In this document: positions 42,050 through 52,432 of the stretch, in pieces
Position numbering within the stretch: position 1 is the stretch's first letter
How the letters are laid out: the number at the start of each line of letters is the position of its first letter
DNA from: Bdellovibrionales bacterium
Lineage (GTDB): Bacteria > Bdellovibrionota > Bdellovibrionia > Bdellovibrionales > UBA1609
NCBI GenBank assembly: GCA_965205945.1
Contig: CBDBIB010000003.1
Location: 704,394-768,393 of the forward strand
Reading direction: 5' to 3'
Length of the DNA stretch: 64,000 bases
Notes under the pieces: model-generated
What the model saw: the letters and a program-made list of their open reading frames with translations, nothing else
Database searches by the model: none
Told to the model about the DNA's origin: nothing
Program-made: the position numbers and the translations under genes

Positions 42050-43000
42050 TTAATTATTCTTAATTTCTAGAACAAGCTTTCCGGCAACTTTGCTTTTTTC
42101 ACTCATTAAGTGAGCGTTTTTAATCTGATGGAATGGAAAGATTTTTGCAATTACTGGTTTAAGTACTTCGGCTTCAACAAATTTTTTGAGTGTATTAAGA
42201 TCCTGACTATTGGGTTTAACAATGACTGCATATGCTTTTTGTTTTCTAAATATATTAAGCAGTGGCATACCCAGAACGGAGCTAAAGGTTACACGGGTAG
42301 TAACATAGGTTCCTGAGGGCTTTAAACATTGGCCGATAGTATGGTACTTTTGGTTACCAACCGCATCAAGAAAGACATCATAGGTCGTAAGGCCTGTTAA
42401 AAAATTTCCTGCAGTATAGTCGATGACATGATCGCATCCTAATTGTGTGGCCAATTTAATATTTCGGGAACTGCATACGCCAGTAACCATACACCCTAAG
42501 GCTTTTGCAATTTGTATTGCAGCACTACCAACACCGCCTGAGCAACCATTGACAAGAACATGATGATCTGGTCTTACACCTGCCTTATTAATCAGTAACT
42601 GTAAAGCAGTCAAACCAACTAATGGTATGGATGCAGCTTCGACATCATTTAAATTCCATGGGGCGTATGTAATATTATTTTCTTTAGTCAGCAGGTATTC
42701 AGCGTATGCACCACCCTTGACAGGGTCAAGGGAACCCCAAACTCGATCCCCCTTCTTAAATTGCAAACAATTTGCTCCAACATCAGCAACTACACCAGAA
42801 AAATCACAACCTAATACCTTTGGAGGTTTTTTTTTCCCTAAGGGTTTAATATCGCCTTTTCGTATTTTCCAATCGATGGGATTGATCGAACACGCATGAA
42901 CTTTAACAAGTAGTTGATCATTTTTAGGAACAGGATCTTTTAGGCTTTTTATTTTAAGGCAACTTACTTCACCATATCCAGTTGTGTAGATTGTTTTCAT
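42050..43000 (-). CDS. NAD(P)-dependent MDR/quinone oxidoreductase-like protein
   Basis: SINPIDWKIRKG, LGCDFSG, GAYAEY, NGCSGGVG, GKLVL. Confidence 0.9.
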   Translation of the reverse strand: MKTIYTTGYGEVSCLKIKSLKDPVPKNDQLLVKVHACSINPIDWKIRKGDIKPLGKKKPPKVLGCDFSGVVADVGANCLQFKKGDRVWGSLDPVKGGAYAEYLLTKENNITYAPWNLNDVEAASIPLVGLTALQLLINKAGVRPDHHVLVNGCSGGVGSAAIQIAKALGCMVTGVCSSRNIKLATQLGCDHVIDYTAGNFLTGLTTYDVFLDAVGNQKYHTIGQCLKPSGTYVTTRVTFSSVLGMPLLNIFRKQKAYAVIVKPNSQDLNTLKKFVEAEVLKPVIAKIFPFHQIKNAHLMSEKSKVAGKLVLEIKNN

Positions 43001-43134
43001 GATTTACCCCGTCTATTTATGTTAATATAAAACTTAGAGTTTTTATTTTTCTTGGAAAAAAACAAACACTCTACTCATATAACTAAATTGATTCTTTTTT
43101 CATATTTCAATGGATTTTTATAATCAATTAAGGA

Positions 43135-43400
43135 GTGCAATTTTTCTGTATTACTCTAAACTTTAATGTATTTAAGACATTTTACAATTCATAAAAAATA
43201 TAATGCATCGTTATGCAAATAAATTTAAAGAAACTGGTGTTTTAGTGGTAACAGAGTTTGGAGGATTAAGGGGCTTTAAGTTTAACCCGAAGGTATTTAC
43301 TTTTGTTATAATTAAAAAATCTTTTAAGAGTGATTTTAGATTTTTAATTTAAAGAATACACATTTGTTTTTAGAAAGAGATTTTGATTGGAGCAAAACAT
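43135..43400 (+). pseudogene. Degenerate paralog of the winged-HTH gene at 53018
   Basis: From 43221 reads KFKETGVLVVTEFGGLRGFKFNPK, then after a frameshift YLLLL*LKNLLRVILDF*FKE..FRKR. Aligns with KFEGAGVLVAVEVGRSRVFEFNPRYPLLSELKGLLSGLLELQSKE..FRKR. Ends approximate. Confidence 0.7.
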
Positions 43401-43462
43401 TAAAAAATCTATTTCTCATTAATTTAATGAAACTTTATTCCTTAAATCTAATTTTTTCTGAT

Positions 43463-44989
43463 TTATTTTAAGTATTTTTTTTCAGATTCTTTAACTATAG
43501 AGTTCATCATCCAAAAAACTTTATGAGTTCCGTAACAAATATACAAAAGTATGGGGCCTGTAAATAAAATAACAAGGTTCTTAATAAGTAAAGCTCCTCC
43601 GAAAAAAAGAAGAACCGCAGCTAAAGCCCCTTCCATAATAGACCAATAAATTTTAAGGTACTTATGGGGGGCAAGCTTCCCACCTGAGGTAATCATGTCC
43701 ACAACAAAAGAGCTGGAATCAGAAGAGGTGACGTAAAAAATAAGAATACTAATAACAGCAAGAATAGAACCTACTAGCGGAAAGGCTCCAAAATTTAAAA
43801 CAGTAAAGAGAGAATTTTGTGGTGCCACCTGTACTAAAGGCTCCATGTCAACAGAGCCACTTTGATGTAATTCGTATCCAGCATAGCCAAATACAGTGAA
43901 CCAGATAAGGCAAATCATAGAAGGAATAAGTATAGTGCAAAGAATATACTCTCGTACAGTACGTCCTTTTGATATACGGGCAATAAAAAGTCCAACAAAA
44001 GGGGTCCATGAGGCCCACCAAGCCCAGTATAAAATAGTCCAATTCTGAATCCATGTTTTATCTTCAAAGGCTGCTGTATAGGTCAGATTTTTAAAAAAAT
44101 CAGAAATATGTAAGCCTACAGCTTGAATGTTAGCCCCCATAAGTTTAGCTAGAGGTAAGGTTGCTATAATTAATATAAAAAGACTTAGGGCTATATAGAT
44201 ATTAATTTGACTTAAGTACTTGATGCCTTTTTTTAAACCAGAAAAAACAGATATTGTAGCCAATACTGTTATAAGTAGAATAATAATAACTTGGATGTTT
44301 TTATTTACCGGAAGAGCAGGGAAAACTTTCTGGAGTCCTGCATTGATTTGAGCAACTCCTAAAGTAAAAGCGATGATAATTCCTATTAAAATTGAAAATA
44401 CGGCAAAAACATCTAAAGAATTTTTAAGATAAGAAAGCTTTTTAGGAATCAACTCAGAAAATATCATGGGCCGCTCTTGGTTGAATGTTACAAACGCAAA
44501 AATTAGTCCTGTAGAGCTATAGATAAGCCAGGCGGGAGCTCCCCAATGAAAATAAGTAATTTTTAAAGCGTGTAAAAAGCGCTCATTATCTGGAAAGTTA
44601 GAAATTTGAGGAGCATTAAAATAGTGAAACATAGGCTCATAAACTCCAGAGTAAAGTAGACCAATTCCAAGGCCTGCACTAAACAACATGGAAATCCAAC
44701 TCAATAAAGAAAATTCAGGTTGATCTGTTTTTTTTCCTAATTTTACATCACCAAATTTATATAAAATAAGAAAGATATAATATATCAGCCACAAAATAGA
44801 AAAAATGAAAAGCCAACCGAAATTATTTAAAAAAATATTTTTAACAATACCGGAACCCTTAGAGAAGCGTCCTCCATCCCACACAGTAAAAACTATAATG
44901 GAAAATAATAAAAGATTTGAATACCAGAAAACCTGAGGGTTTGTGATAGAATGAATAGTGTTTAGGAATGAGGATAATTTTTTTTTCAT
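43463..44989 (-). CDS. BCCT-family (betaine/carnitine/choline) transporter
   Basis: SWISMLFSAGLGIGL, FHWG, WTILYWAWWASWTPFVGLFIARISKGRT, TSSDS. Confidence 0.95.
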   Translation of the reverse strand: MKKKLSSFLNTIHSITNPQVFWYSNLLLFSIIVFTVWDGGRFSKGSGIVKNIFLNNFGWLFIFSILWLIYYIFLILYKFGDVKLGKKTDQPEFSLLSWISMLFSAGLGIGLLYSGVYEPMFHYFNAPQISNFPDNERFLHALKITYFHWGAPAWLIYSSTGLIFAFVTFNQERPMIFSELIPKKLSYLKNSLDVFAVFSILIGIIIAFTLGVAQINAGLQKVFPALPVNKNIQVIIILLITVLATISVFSGLKKGIKYLSQINIYIALSLFILIIATLPLAKLMGANIQAVGLHISDFFKNLTYTAAFEDKTWIQNWTILYWAWWASWTPFVGLFIARISKGRTVREYILCTILIPSMICLIWFTVFGYAGYELHQSGSVDMEPLVQVAPQNSLFTVLNFGAFPLVGSILAVISILIFYVTSSDSSSFVVDMITSGGKLAPHKYLKIYWSIMEGALAAVLLFFGGALLIKNLVILFTGPILLYICYGTHKVFWMMNSIVKESEKKYLK

Positions 44990-45038
44990 AAGTGTTTTTA
45001 TGTTAATATTTGATTAAATCATACATCCCTGCTATATG

Positions 45039-45055
45039 ATTCGGAAAAGGCGAAT
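45039..45055. promoter_or_regulatory. Palindromic LysR-type operator ATTCG-N7-CGAAT, upstream copy
   Basis: Between the divergent BCCT and LysR genes; contains T-N11-A. Confidence 0.55.
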
Positions 45056-45058
45056 TAT

Positions 45059-45970
45059 ATGGAATTTAAAGCAAATTGGAATCACCTGTACTGTTTTTAT
45101 GAAGTGGCTAAAACAAGCTCTTTACAGGTTGGAGCTTGTAATTTGGGTATATCATCAGCCACGGCAAGTGAAAAGATTAAAAGGCTTGAAGCAAGCTTGA
45201 AGCAAAAGTTGTTTGACCGTTCTCAAAAGAAAATGAATTTAACTAAAGAGGGCGTGTTCATGTTTGAAAATTGTAAAGAAATTTTTGAAATGGGTAAGCG
45301 TTTAATTGACGCTAGTATTAAGAAAAAGGTTGTTGGGTATTCTGTTCGTGTTGGAATACAAGATTCAGTGTTAGGAAAGATTAGTATAAACTTTTTATCT
45401 CATTATTGGGATATTTTTAAGCCTTATGGAAGTGTCAATACACAGGCTTTTAAGTCTGCTGAAACCTTATTTCAAAATTTAATTAATTATCAGCTAGACT
45501 GGGTTATAACGGTGAGCCCTGCTTTAGAAAAAGAAAGTAGTTTAAATTGTCTGGAAATAGGAGCTTTTAAGGTTATTTTGTGTGGTTCCCAAAAGTTATT
45601 AAGAGAACAAAATATTTCTAGCCAAGATTTAATTTATAATTACCCTTTGGTTCGCCTTAATGATGATTATGCTGTAAATAACTCAATTAATAGCTTATTT
45701 AATGGTTTAAATATTCCTCTTAAAGGTATTATTGAAACAGATCATTTTGATTTAATGGTTAATCTTATTTTTAGAGGAAGAGCCTTAGGTTTTCTCCCCC
45801 AAGTATACGTTAAGGAAAATATCATAGTCTATGATATAGCTCCATTATCAGATATACCTGCTTTTAAAGTGCCTCTTTATCTAACCTATAGACTCAGAGA
45901 TGACAATATGGTGGCTGTAAAGGAGGCTCATAATCTTGCAATTTCTTTTTTAAAGCGCCTTCCTTTTTAA
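45059..45970 (+). CDS. LysR-family regulator (NhaR-like N-terminus)
   Basis: NWNHLYCFYEVAK...SEKIKRLE.SL...LFDR...LTKEG HTH; about 300 aa. Confidence 0.92.
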   Translation: MEFKANWNHLYCFYEVAKTSSLQVGACNLGISSATASEKIKRLEASLKQKLFDRSQKKMNLTKEGVFMFENCKEIFEMGKRLIDASIKKKVVGYSVRVGIQDSVLGKISINFLSHYWDIFKPYGSVNTQAFKSAETLFQNLINYQLDWVITVSPALEKESSLNCLEIGAFKVILCGSQKLLREQNISSQDLIYNYPLVRLNDDYAVNNSINSLFNGLNIPLKGIIETDHFDLMVNLIFRGRALGFLPQVYVKENIIVYDIAPLSDIPAFKVPLYLTYRLRDDNMVAVKEAHNLAISFLKRLPF

Positions 45971-45987
45971 ATTCGGTTTATACGAAT
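45971..45987. promoter_or_regulatory. Second ATTCG-N7-CGAAT operator, directly after the LysR stop
   Basis: Same arms and spacing as 45039-45055. Confidence 0.55.
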
Positions 45988-46063
45988 ACAGGTGTTCTTT
46001 CTGACACAGTTTAGACTTTCTTAGAAAGAAGGCAATTAAAATGCCTTAAAAGGAAAGTAGTAA

Positions 46064-46144
46064 ATGAAAGCTAAAAATAAGACTGTAAAAATTTCAACGC
46101 TTTTTGGATATGCTAAGCAATTAAGAAACGTAACTACCGTTTAA
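46064..46144 (+). CDS. Putative 26-aa small protein MKAKNKTVKISTLFGYAKQLRNVTTV
   Basis: AAGGAAAG RBS-like sequence upstream; downstream of the second LysR box. Could be a truncated gene. Confidence 0.35.
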   Translation: MKAKNKTVKISTLFGYAKQLRNVTTV

Positions 46145-46250
46145 AAATTTAGGTTACGATTAATGCTAGCCTAACTGCCTGAAAATAAAAAACATACTGA
46201 GAGTGACGACGTGCGGAGAGTTTGTAGTTTATACTGCTGAATTTTACAAT

Positions 46251-46515
46251 CTAGTAAACAGGTGTAATGCTAAAGTCTCTTTGCTTTAAAAGCTCAAGGG
46301 TGCTGTCTTCAACGATTAGGTGTTCTGCTCCAACTGCAATAAAAGTTTGTCCTTTTGTTACACTATCCTTAATTTTTGGAATTCAAGTGATATTTCTCTG
46401 TTTTAAAAGAAGATCGTATTGCCAAATTTCCATTAAACCGTTATTTCCTTTTGTTCTAAGCTTTTGTTCTAAGCAAACTAAATTAGAAATTTGATAGCAG
46501 TCATAGAGGCCTGGT
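46251..46515 (-). pseudogene. TraB/GumN-family remnant
   Basis: Minus strand reads LLLKQRNIT*IPKIKDSVTKGQTFIAVGAEHL...LELLKQRDFSITPVY*. This matches the family C-terminal RNxxW and FxAVGAxHL motifs, with the Trp codon now TGA (46383-46385). Confidence 0.7.
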
Positions 46516-47183
46516 TAATTTTAATATTTTTGTACTTTAGAGTAATCTTTTAGATTGCTAAAGATTTTTGTCATTTTGATAACGTTTCTTCTAGTAAGTA
46601 ACTCTAGAGCTATTTTAATAACTAGTGTTGTTTAAGCCATGTCACCAGGCATTAAAGTATTGAGGTTAGTTTTAGGGTCTTTGTCTTTTACTTTTATAAA
46701 AGGATCCTTGCTAATTTTTTAAATGTTGACACAATTATTTTTTTAAAGGCGCCATTAAGAGAATCACTATTGAGCTGGTTTTTAGAAACAATCGTTAGTG
46801 ATCTAATTTTTTTAAGTTAAGAGTATAAAAAATATTTTTTAAATTTAAAAACTCATATTGAGTCGAAAGATATTTTTATATGAGCTGTCTCATTGCGAGT
46901 AAAATATAAATGACTAAAAACACAAAGATGATTTTTGAAAGTTGGGTTATGTTTAAACCATATTATTTAAACTTTGAGGGTGTTGATCTTAAAAAATTAT
47001 TAAGTGTACCATTTTTATAGGCTTAATTAGAGACAAAACACATAGAACATGCGGTTTAAATGTTAGGCTGTATTGTGGCTTTAATGAAATATATGAATAA
47101 AAAAATATTTAAAAAATAAAGCACTAGGAGTTTTGCCTTCTATAAATATTTTTAAGTTGGCTGTAATTTAACAGGGAGAAAGT

Positions 47184-50100
47184 ATGAAGATAGCAAATGT
47201 AATCTTAATAACCATTGGATTGACTTTAGCTTTATTAGGGTGCAATCAAAACCTTCTTACTAATGAAGAAAACTCTTTAATTGGAAATATTTTTGATAAT
47301 GATACGATACTTAATCTTTCTTTTAGCTCTTCTCTTCCTGATATCACATCAAAAAACTCAGAGGTTTACCCATTAAGTGGTATATGTGATCCTGCTTCTG
47401 GGAGCGTAACTATTGTTGTAGACTCTTCTAATATTACAAAAAAATTTCCGTGTAATTTAAAAGGATTCTTTTCAGGGGTAATAGATTTAAGAAAAGTAGT
47501 TTCGACTACCCCTAAAATTTTAGCAACTCAAGGAGAATTAAAAACTTCAGATTCAGTGCTAAATGATCAAACTGGCCCAGCATCAGCTCCTATAGCAATT
47601 GCGCCAGGAAGATACGTTGGAGGCGACTATTATAATTTATCTATTTTATGCAATGAGCCTGGAGAAGTAGTGAGTATTAGTGGGGAAGGTATCGATCCAG
47701 ACACACAAGTCTATACTTGTACTAATAGTGGAGCAGAAGATTTTCCGTTAATGTTAGCAAATCTAATACAGACTAGTAACCCTAATAACTTAATAACCTC
47801 ATCAACTGATGAATATAAAAACCCCTCATCTGCAACAACAATAGTAAATGTTCCAATAGATAATGTAGCACCTATAGTAGCTATACAAGAAGGTGCCAAT
47901 ATAATTCAAGGGCAAGCAGCAAACTTTACTATTACAATTACTGATCAAAATATTTCAACACTTAATTATACTGTAAACACATCTGGTGCAGAACAAAGAT
48001 CTTATTCTTGTACTTTAAACCCTTGTTTTATAACTACAGGAATAATCTCATCAGTGGGTCAACTAACATTAACTGTAGCAGCCAATGCTGTAACAGATGA
48101 TGTTAACAATACAGGCGACAGTGTTTTAAAATCAAAAAGTCTTACAGTAATTGCAGCAGGAGATTTAAGCTTTAATAACCCACTTGATACAATCAATACT
48201 CTAAATGCGAGCTCTTATCCTGTAACAGGAGTTTGTGATGACGATTTAGGTGATGTTATAGTAACAGTAGGTCCAACAATAAGTGAAAGTATTTCATGTG
48301 ATTCTCCAGGAGTATTTAATGGGAATATTAATCTAAGCGGTGTAGCTTTAAACCCAGCACCAATTCATGTAACTCAAGGTGTAAAAACTGCGGATACTAA
48401 TTCAGTAAATGATCAAACTCCTCTTTCTAGTGCTCCAACAGTAGCAGATCAAACTTATAAAAATGGAGAAGATATAACACTAGCTTTAAATTGTAATGAA
48501 GCTGGAGAGATGGTGACATTTACAAGTGTATCATTAATGCCAAATCCACAAATGCACACTTGTTTAACTCCAGGATCTGAAAATGTAACATTTTATTTTG
48601 TAGCAGGGCAAGAAACCTTAAATCCAAATAATGTTATAGTAAGTTCTGTAGATGTAAATGGTAACCCAACAACAAACTCCACTGAGTTTAACTTACCAAT
48701 AGATAATGTAGCACCTACAGTCGCTATACAAGAAGGTGCCAATATAATTCAAGGGCAAGCAGCAAACTTTACTATTACAATTACTGATCAAAATATTTCA
48801 ACACTTAATTATACTGTAAACACATCTGGTGCAGAACAAAGATCTTATTCTTGTACTTTAAACCCTTGTTTTATAACTACAGGAATAATCTCATCAGTGG
48901 GTCAACTAACATTAACTGTAGCAGCCAATGCTGTAACAGATGATGTTAACAATACAGGCGACAGTGTTTTAAAATCAAAAAGCCTTACAGTAATTGCAGC
49001 AGGAGATTTAAGCTTTAATAACCCACTTGATACAATCAATACTCTAAATGCGAGCTCTTATCCTGTAACAGGAGTTTGTGATGGAGCTTTAGGTGATGTT
49101 ATAGTAACAGTAGGTCCAACAATAAGTGAAGATATTCCATGTAATTCTGGAACATTTAGTATTGATCTTAATCTAAGCAGTGTGACTTTAAACCCAGCAC
49201 CAATTCATATAACTCAAGGTGTAAACACTGCTAATGCTAATCCAGTAAATGATCAAACTCCTCTTTCTAGTGCTCCAACAGTAGCAGATCAAACTTATAA
49301 AAATGGAGAAGATATAACACTAGCTCTAAATTGTAATGAAGCTGGAGAGATGGTGACATTTACAAGTATATCATTAATGCCAAACCCACAAATGCACACT
49401 TGTCAAAGTCAGGGGCCTGAAAATGTAACATTTTATTTTGTAGCAGGGCAAGAAACCTTAAATCCAAATAATGTTATAGTAAGTTCTGTAGATGTAAATG
49501 GTAACCCAACAACAAACTCCACTGAGTTTAACTTACCAATAGATAATGTAGCACCTACAGTCGCTATACAAGAAGGTGCCAATATAATTCAAGGGCAAGC
49601 AGCAAACTTTACTATTACAATTACTGATCAAAATATTTCAACACTTAATTATACTGTAAACACATCTGGTGCAGAACAAAGATCTTATTCTTGTACTTTA
49701 AACCCTTGTTTTATAACTACAGGAATAATCTCATCAGTGGGTCAACTAACATTAACTGTAGCAGCCAATGCTGTAACAGATGATGTTAACAATACAGGCG
49801 ACAGTGTTTTAAAATCAAAAAGTCTTACAGTAATTGCAGCAGGAGATTTAAGCTTTAATAACCCACTTGATACAATCAATACTCTAAATGCGAGCTCTTA
49901 TCCTGTAACAGGAGTTTGTGATGGAGCTTTAGGTGATGTTACAGTAACAGTAGGTCTAACAATAAGCGAAGATATTCCATGTAATTCTGGAACATTTAGT
50001 ATTGATCTTAATCTAAGCAGTGTGACTTTAAACCCAGCATCAATTCATGTAATTCAAGGTGTAAAAACTGCTAATGCTAATCCAGTAAATGATCAAACTC

Positions 50101-52106
50101 CTCTTTCTAGTGCTCCAACAGTAGCAGATCAAACTTATAAAAATGGAGAAGATATAACACTAGCTTTAAATTGTAATGAAGCTGGAGAGATGGTGACATT
50201 TACAAGTGTATCATTAATGCCAAATCCACAAATGCACACTTGTTTAACTCCAGGATCTGAAAATGTAACATTTTATTTTGTAGCAGGGCAAGAAACCTTA
50301 AATCCAAATAATGTTATAGTAAGTTCTGTAGATGTAAATGGTAACCCAACAACAAACTCCACTGAGTTTAACTTACCAATAGATAATGTGGCACCTACAG
50401 TAACTGTAGCAGCAGAAGGAAATATTGTAGAAGGAAATAGTGCAAACTTTACAATAACAGTAAGTGATGGAACCGATTTTATAGCATTTACACCTACACC
50501 AAGCTCAGGAACGATAAGTTCTGGTGTTTGTTCTCAAACGCCATGTCAAGTAACTGTAGATGGGGCAACTGTAGGTACGCTTATTTTAACGGTAAATGCA
50601 GGTGATGTGGTAGATGCGGCAGGAAACACAAACGCCGCACCTACAAGTGATAACTTGGCAGTGAGTATTCCACAAATACTAGGGGTCATAGTGTCGTCAA
50701 CTGATGGGGATAGTGATACATGGTACGAAGATTTAGATACAGTTTCTATTCAGGTACAATATGATGCCGACGTTGTGCTTGACACTTCCAGTGGAACACC
50801 AATTATCCAGGTTACCTTATCTAGTGGAACTAAAACAGCTATATATTCTCAAGGCTCAGGCTCTCGGAATTTAGATTTTACAATACCTGTTGTAAATAAC
50901 GATTATCAATGCAGTGGGATTTTAGCTTTAGGGGGTATGAATTTAAATGGTGGTATAATTAAAAGTAGTCTAGGTGGAACTGTCAACAATTCTGGTTTAC
51001 CGTCTTCTGTGAGTGGAGCAAAGATAGATGCTAAGAGCCCTACTGCTCCAAGTGCGCTATCCAATGATCCGACTAATGCGTTTAACAATTTTTCTAGTGA
51101 GTTAAGTTGGGTTCAAGGCACTGATGAATGTGAGCTTTCAGTTGAATATGGATTTGGAACTAGCCCAGGAGCATTGGATGCTCAAAACTATATAAATATA
51201 GGTTCAGTAGAAGCCTACCAAGCACAAAGTGGTAATAATTCAGCTTTATTTAATTTACTTGCAAATACTAATTATTACACATCGATTAGATCTGTAGATG
51301 ATGCTGGAAATATGTCACAAGAAGAAAATAGTTTAGCATGGAGTTTTGCATGCTTAGAGCCATGGGGGGGTATAAGTAGACTTGTTTCTCTAGACAGTTC
51401 AAATGAAGAGTCTATTTTTGATATAAATAATATAGACGCATCAGATACTAGTTTTGATGGTTTGGTTAATAGGTGGGAAGATCAAAGTGGAAACAACAAC
51501 CATCTAGAAGCACCTTCGCTTTCAGCAAGACCAAGTTATAACTATGACGGTTTAAGTTCAGGATTAGATTCCTATGTTCAAGGTGATGGAGAAGATGATA
51601 CCTTAGTAAAAGATATTGATGATATTTCAACAGACTTTACATTTTATTATGTATTAAATGCGTTAAGCACAGGGCCTCGTGAATTTGAAAGTTATTTTAG
51701 TAATACTGATAACAAAGAAAGCACTGGAAGTTTTCAATTAGATATTGGTGGATCAACGAGAGGGTGTAGCAATAAATTTAGAGTACTTTTAAGGCACACT
51801 TTTGGAGTTCTTCCTGTTAGTATTTGTGGCGCTGACTACACTACAGGAAAACATGTATTTGTAGTTGACTATAACTCTGCAAATACCTCAATGTCTTTCT
51901 CTATAGATGGAGTAGAATATGGCAGTTATAACAGCCTTATAAGTGCTCCAATTTTTAGATGGTTGAGGCTGTTTCAGAATAGAGAAGGGATGCAGTTTCA
52001 AGAAGCTCAGGTGCTAGAGTTAAATCTAGTAACTCAAGGTTTAAATAGTAGTCAACGGGATGCAATATCTGAGTACTTAGTTTGTAAGTGGAATGTGCAG
52101 TTATAA
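47184..52106 (+). CDS. Large surface lipoprotein/adhesin with tandem Ig-like repeats and a C-terminal LamG/ConA-like domain
   Basis: GGGAG RBS; lipobox LLGC; repeated IDNVAP.V units with paired Cys; SVDDAGN; C-terminal WEDQSGNNNH...EYLVCKW. Confidence 0.8.
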   Translation: MKIANVILITIGLTLALLGCNQNLLTNEENSLIGNIFDNDTILNLSFSSSLPDITSKNSEVYPLSGICDPASGSVTIVVDSSNITKKFPCNLKGFFSGVIDLRKVVSTTPKILATQGELKTSDSVLNDQTGPASAPIAIAPGRYVGGDYYNLSILCNEPGEVVSISGEGIDPDTQVYTCTNSGAEDFPLMLANLIQTSNPNNLITSSTDEYKNPSSATTIVNVPIDNVAPIVAIQEGANIIQGQAANFTITITDQNISTLNYTVNTSGAEQRSYSCTLNPCFITTGIISSVGQLTLTVAANAVTDDVNNTGDSVLKSKSLTVIAAGDLSFNNPLDTINTLNASSYPVTGVCDDDLGDVIVTVGPTISESISCDSPGVFNGNINLSGVALNPAPIHVTQGVKTADTNSVNDQTPLSSAPTVADQTYKNGEDITLALNCNEAGEMVTFTSVSLMPNPQMHTCLTPGSENVTFYFVAGQETLNPNNVIVSSVDVNGNPTTNSTEFNLPIDNVAPTVAIQEGANIIQGQAANFTITITDQNISTLNYTVNTSGAEQRSYSCTLNPCFITTGIISSVGQLTLTVAANAVTDDVNNTGDSVLKSKSLTVIAAGDLSFNNPLDTINTLNASSYPVTGVCDGALGDVIVTVGPTISEDIPCNSGTFSIDLNLSSVTLNPAPIHITQGVNTANANPVNDQTPLSSAPTVADQTYKNGEDITLALNCNEAGEMVTFTSISLMPNPQMHTCQSQGPENVTFYFVAGQETLNPNNVIVSSVDVNGNPTTNSTEFNLPIDNVAPTVAIQEGANIIQGQAANFTITITDQNISTLNYTVNTSGAEQRSYSCTLNPCFITTGIISSVGQLTLTVAANAVTDDVNNTGDSVLKSKSLTVIAAGDLSFNNPLDTINTLNASSYPVTGVCDGALGDVTVTVGLTISEDIPCNSGTFSIDLNLSSVTLNPASIHVIQGVKTANANPVNDQTPLSSAPTVADQTYKNGEDITLALNCNEAGEMVTFTSVSLMPNPQMHTCLTPGSENVTFYFVAGQETLNPNNVIVSSVDVNGNPTTNSTEFNLPIDNVAPTVTVAAEGNIVEGNSANFTITVSDGTDFIAFTPTPSSGTISSGVCSQTPCQVTVDGATVGTLILTVNAGDVVDAAGNTNAAPTSDNLAVSIPQILGVIVSSTDGDSDTWYEDLDTVSIQVQYDADVVLDTSSGTPIIQVTLSSGTKTAIYSQGSGSRNLDFTIPVVNNDYQCSGILALGGMNLNGGIIKSSLGGTVNNSGLPSSVSGAKIDAKSPTAPSALSNDPTNAFNNFSSELSWVQGTDECELSVEYGFGTSPGALDAQNYINIGSVEAYQAQSGNNSALFNLLANTNYYTSIRSVDDAGNMSQEENSLAWSFACLEPWGGISRLVSLDSSNEESIFDINNIDASDTSFDGLVNRWEDQSGNNNHLEAPSLSARPSYNYDGLSSGLDSYVQGDGEDDTLVKDIDDISTDFTFYYVLNALSTGPREFESYFSNTDNKESTGSFQLDIGGSTRGCSNKFRVLLRHTFGVLPVSICGADYTTGKHVFVVDYNSANTSMSFSIDGVEYGSYNSLISAPIFRWLRLFQNREGMQFQEAQVLELNLVTQGLNSSQRDAISEYLVCKWNVQL
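47853..50397 (+). repeat. Three near-identical intragenic tandem repeats (843, 840, 840 bp)
   Basis: CCAATAGATAATGT(A/G)GCACCTA recurs at 47853, 48696, 49536 and 50376. Confidence 0.95.
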
Positions 52107-52432
52107 CTTGATACTTGTTTGAGGCAGTGTCCGTCTTGATATATAGTTTACAAAAATTATACTGGAGACAAAGAGTCTTTTTAGTGGTTTTAGTAAGGGT
52201 GTTAAGTTTAAAGACATTTAAGCCTGAAGAGGTTTAAATTGTGGATTACTACTAATGGGGTATAAAAGAACTTGCCGTTCCATTTTTTTTTATTATTATC
52301 TATTTTAGAAACTTTAGAAAAGGTGCAAAATTTGCATTTTTATTTTTTTCAGACTTTCCGAAAAGAAAATATGAGTACTCCGGTCCATATCGGAGACATC
52401 GGTGGATTTAGTTTTATAATGACTGGTTTTAA

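Noticed and set aside
46195..46265. GGAGAG...CTGAA...CAGG resembling a glycine riboswitch
   Set aside because: No convincing helices, no downstream same-strand target gene, and it overlaps the end of the TraB remnant.
46383..46385. TGA at a conserved Trp suggesting genetic code 4 or 25
   Set aside because: TGA terminates intact genes here (carB, rpsJ, secY), Trp is TGG throughout, and the region has other lesions.
46840..46869. Sigma28-like promoter upstream of the adhesin
   Set aside because: Spacing from TAAA to GTCGAAAG is 12 or 18 nt rather than about 15.
47853..50397. Repeats as a CRISPR array or DGR template/variable repeat
   Set aside because: They are in-frame 840-bp coding repeats; no spacers, cas genes or reverse transcriptase in the window.
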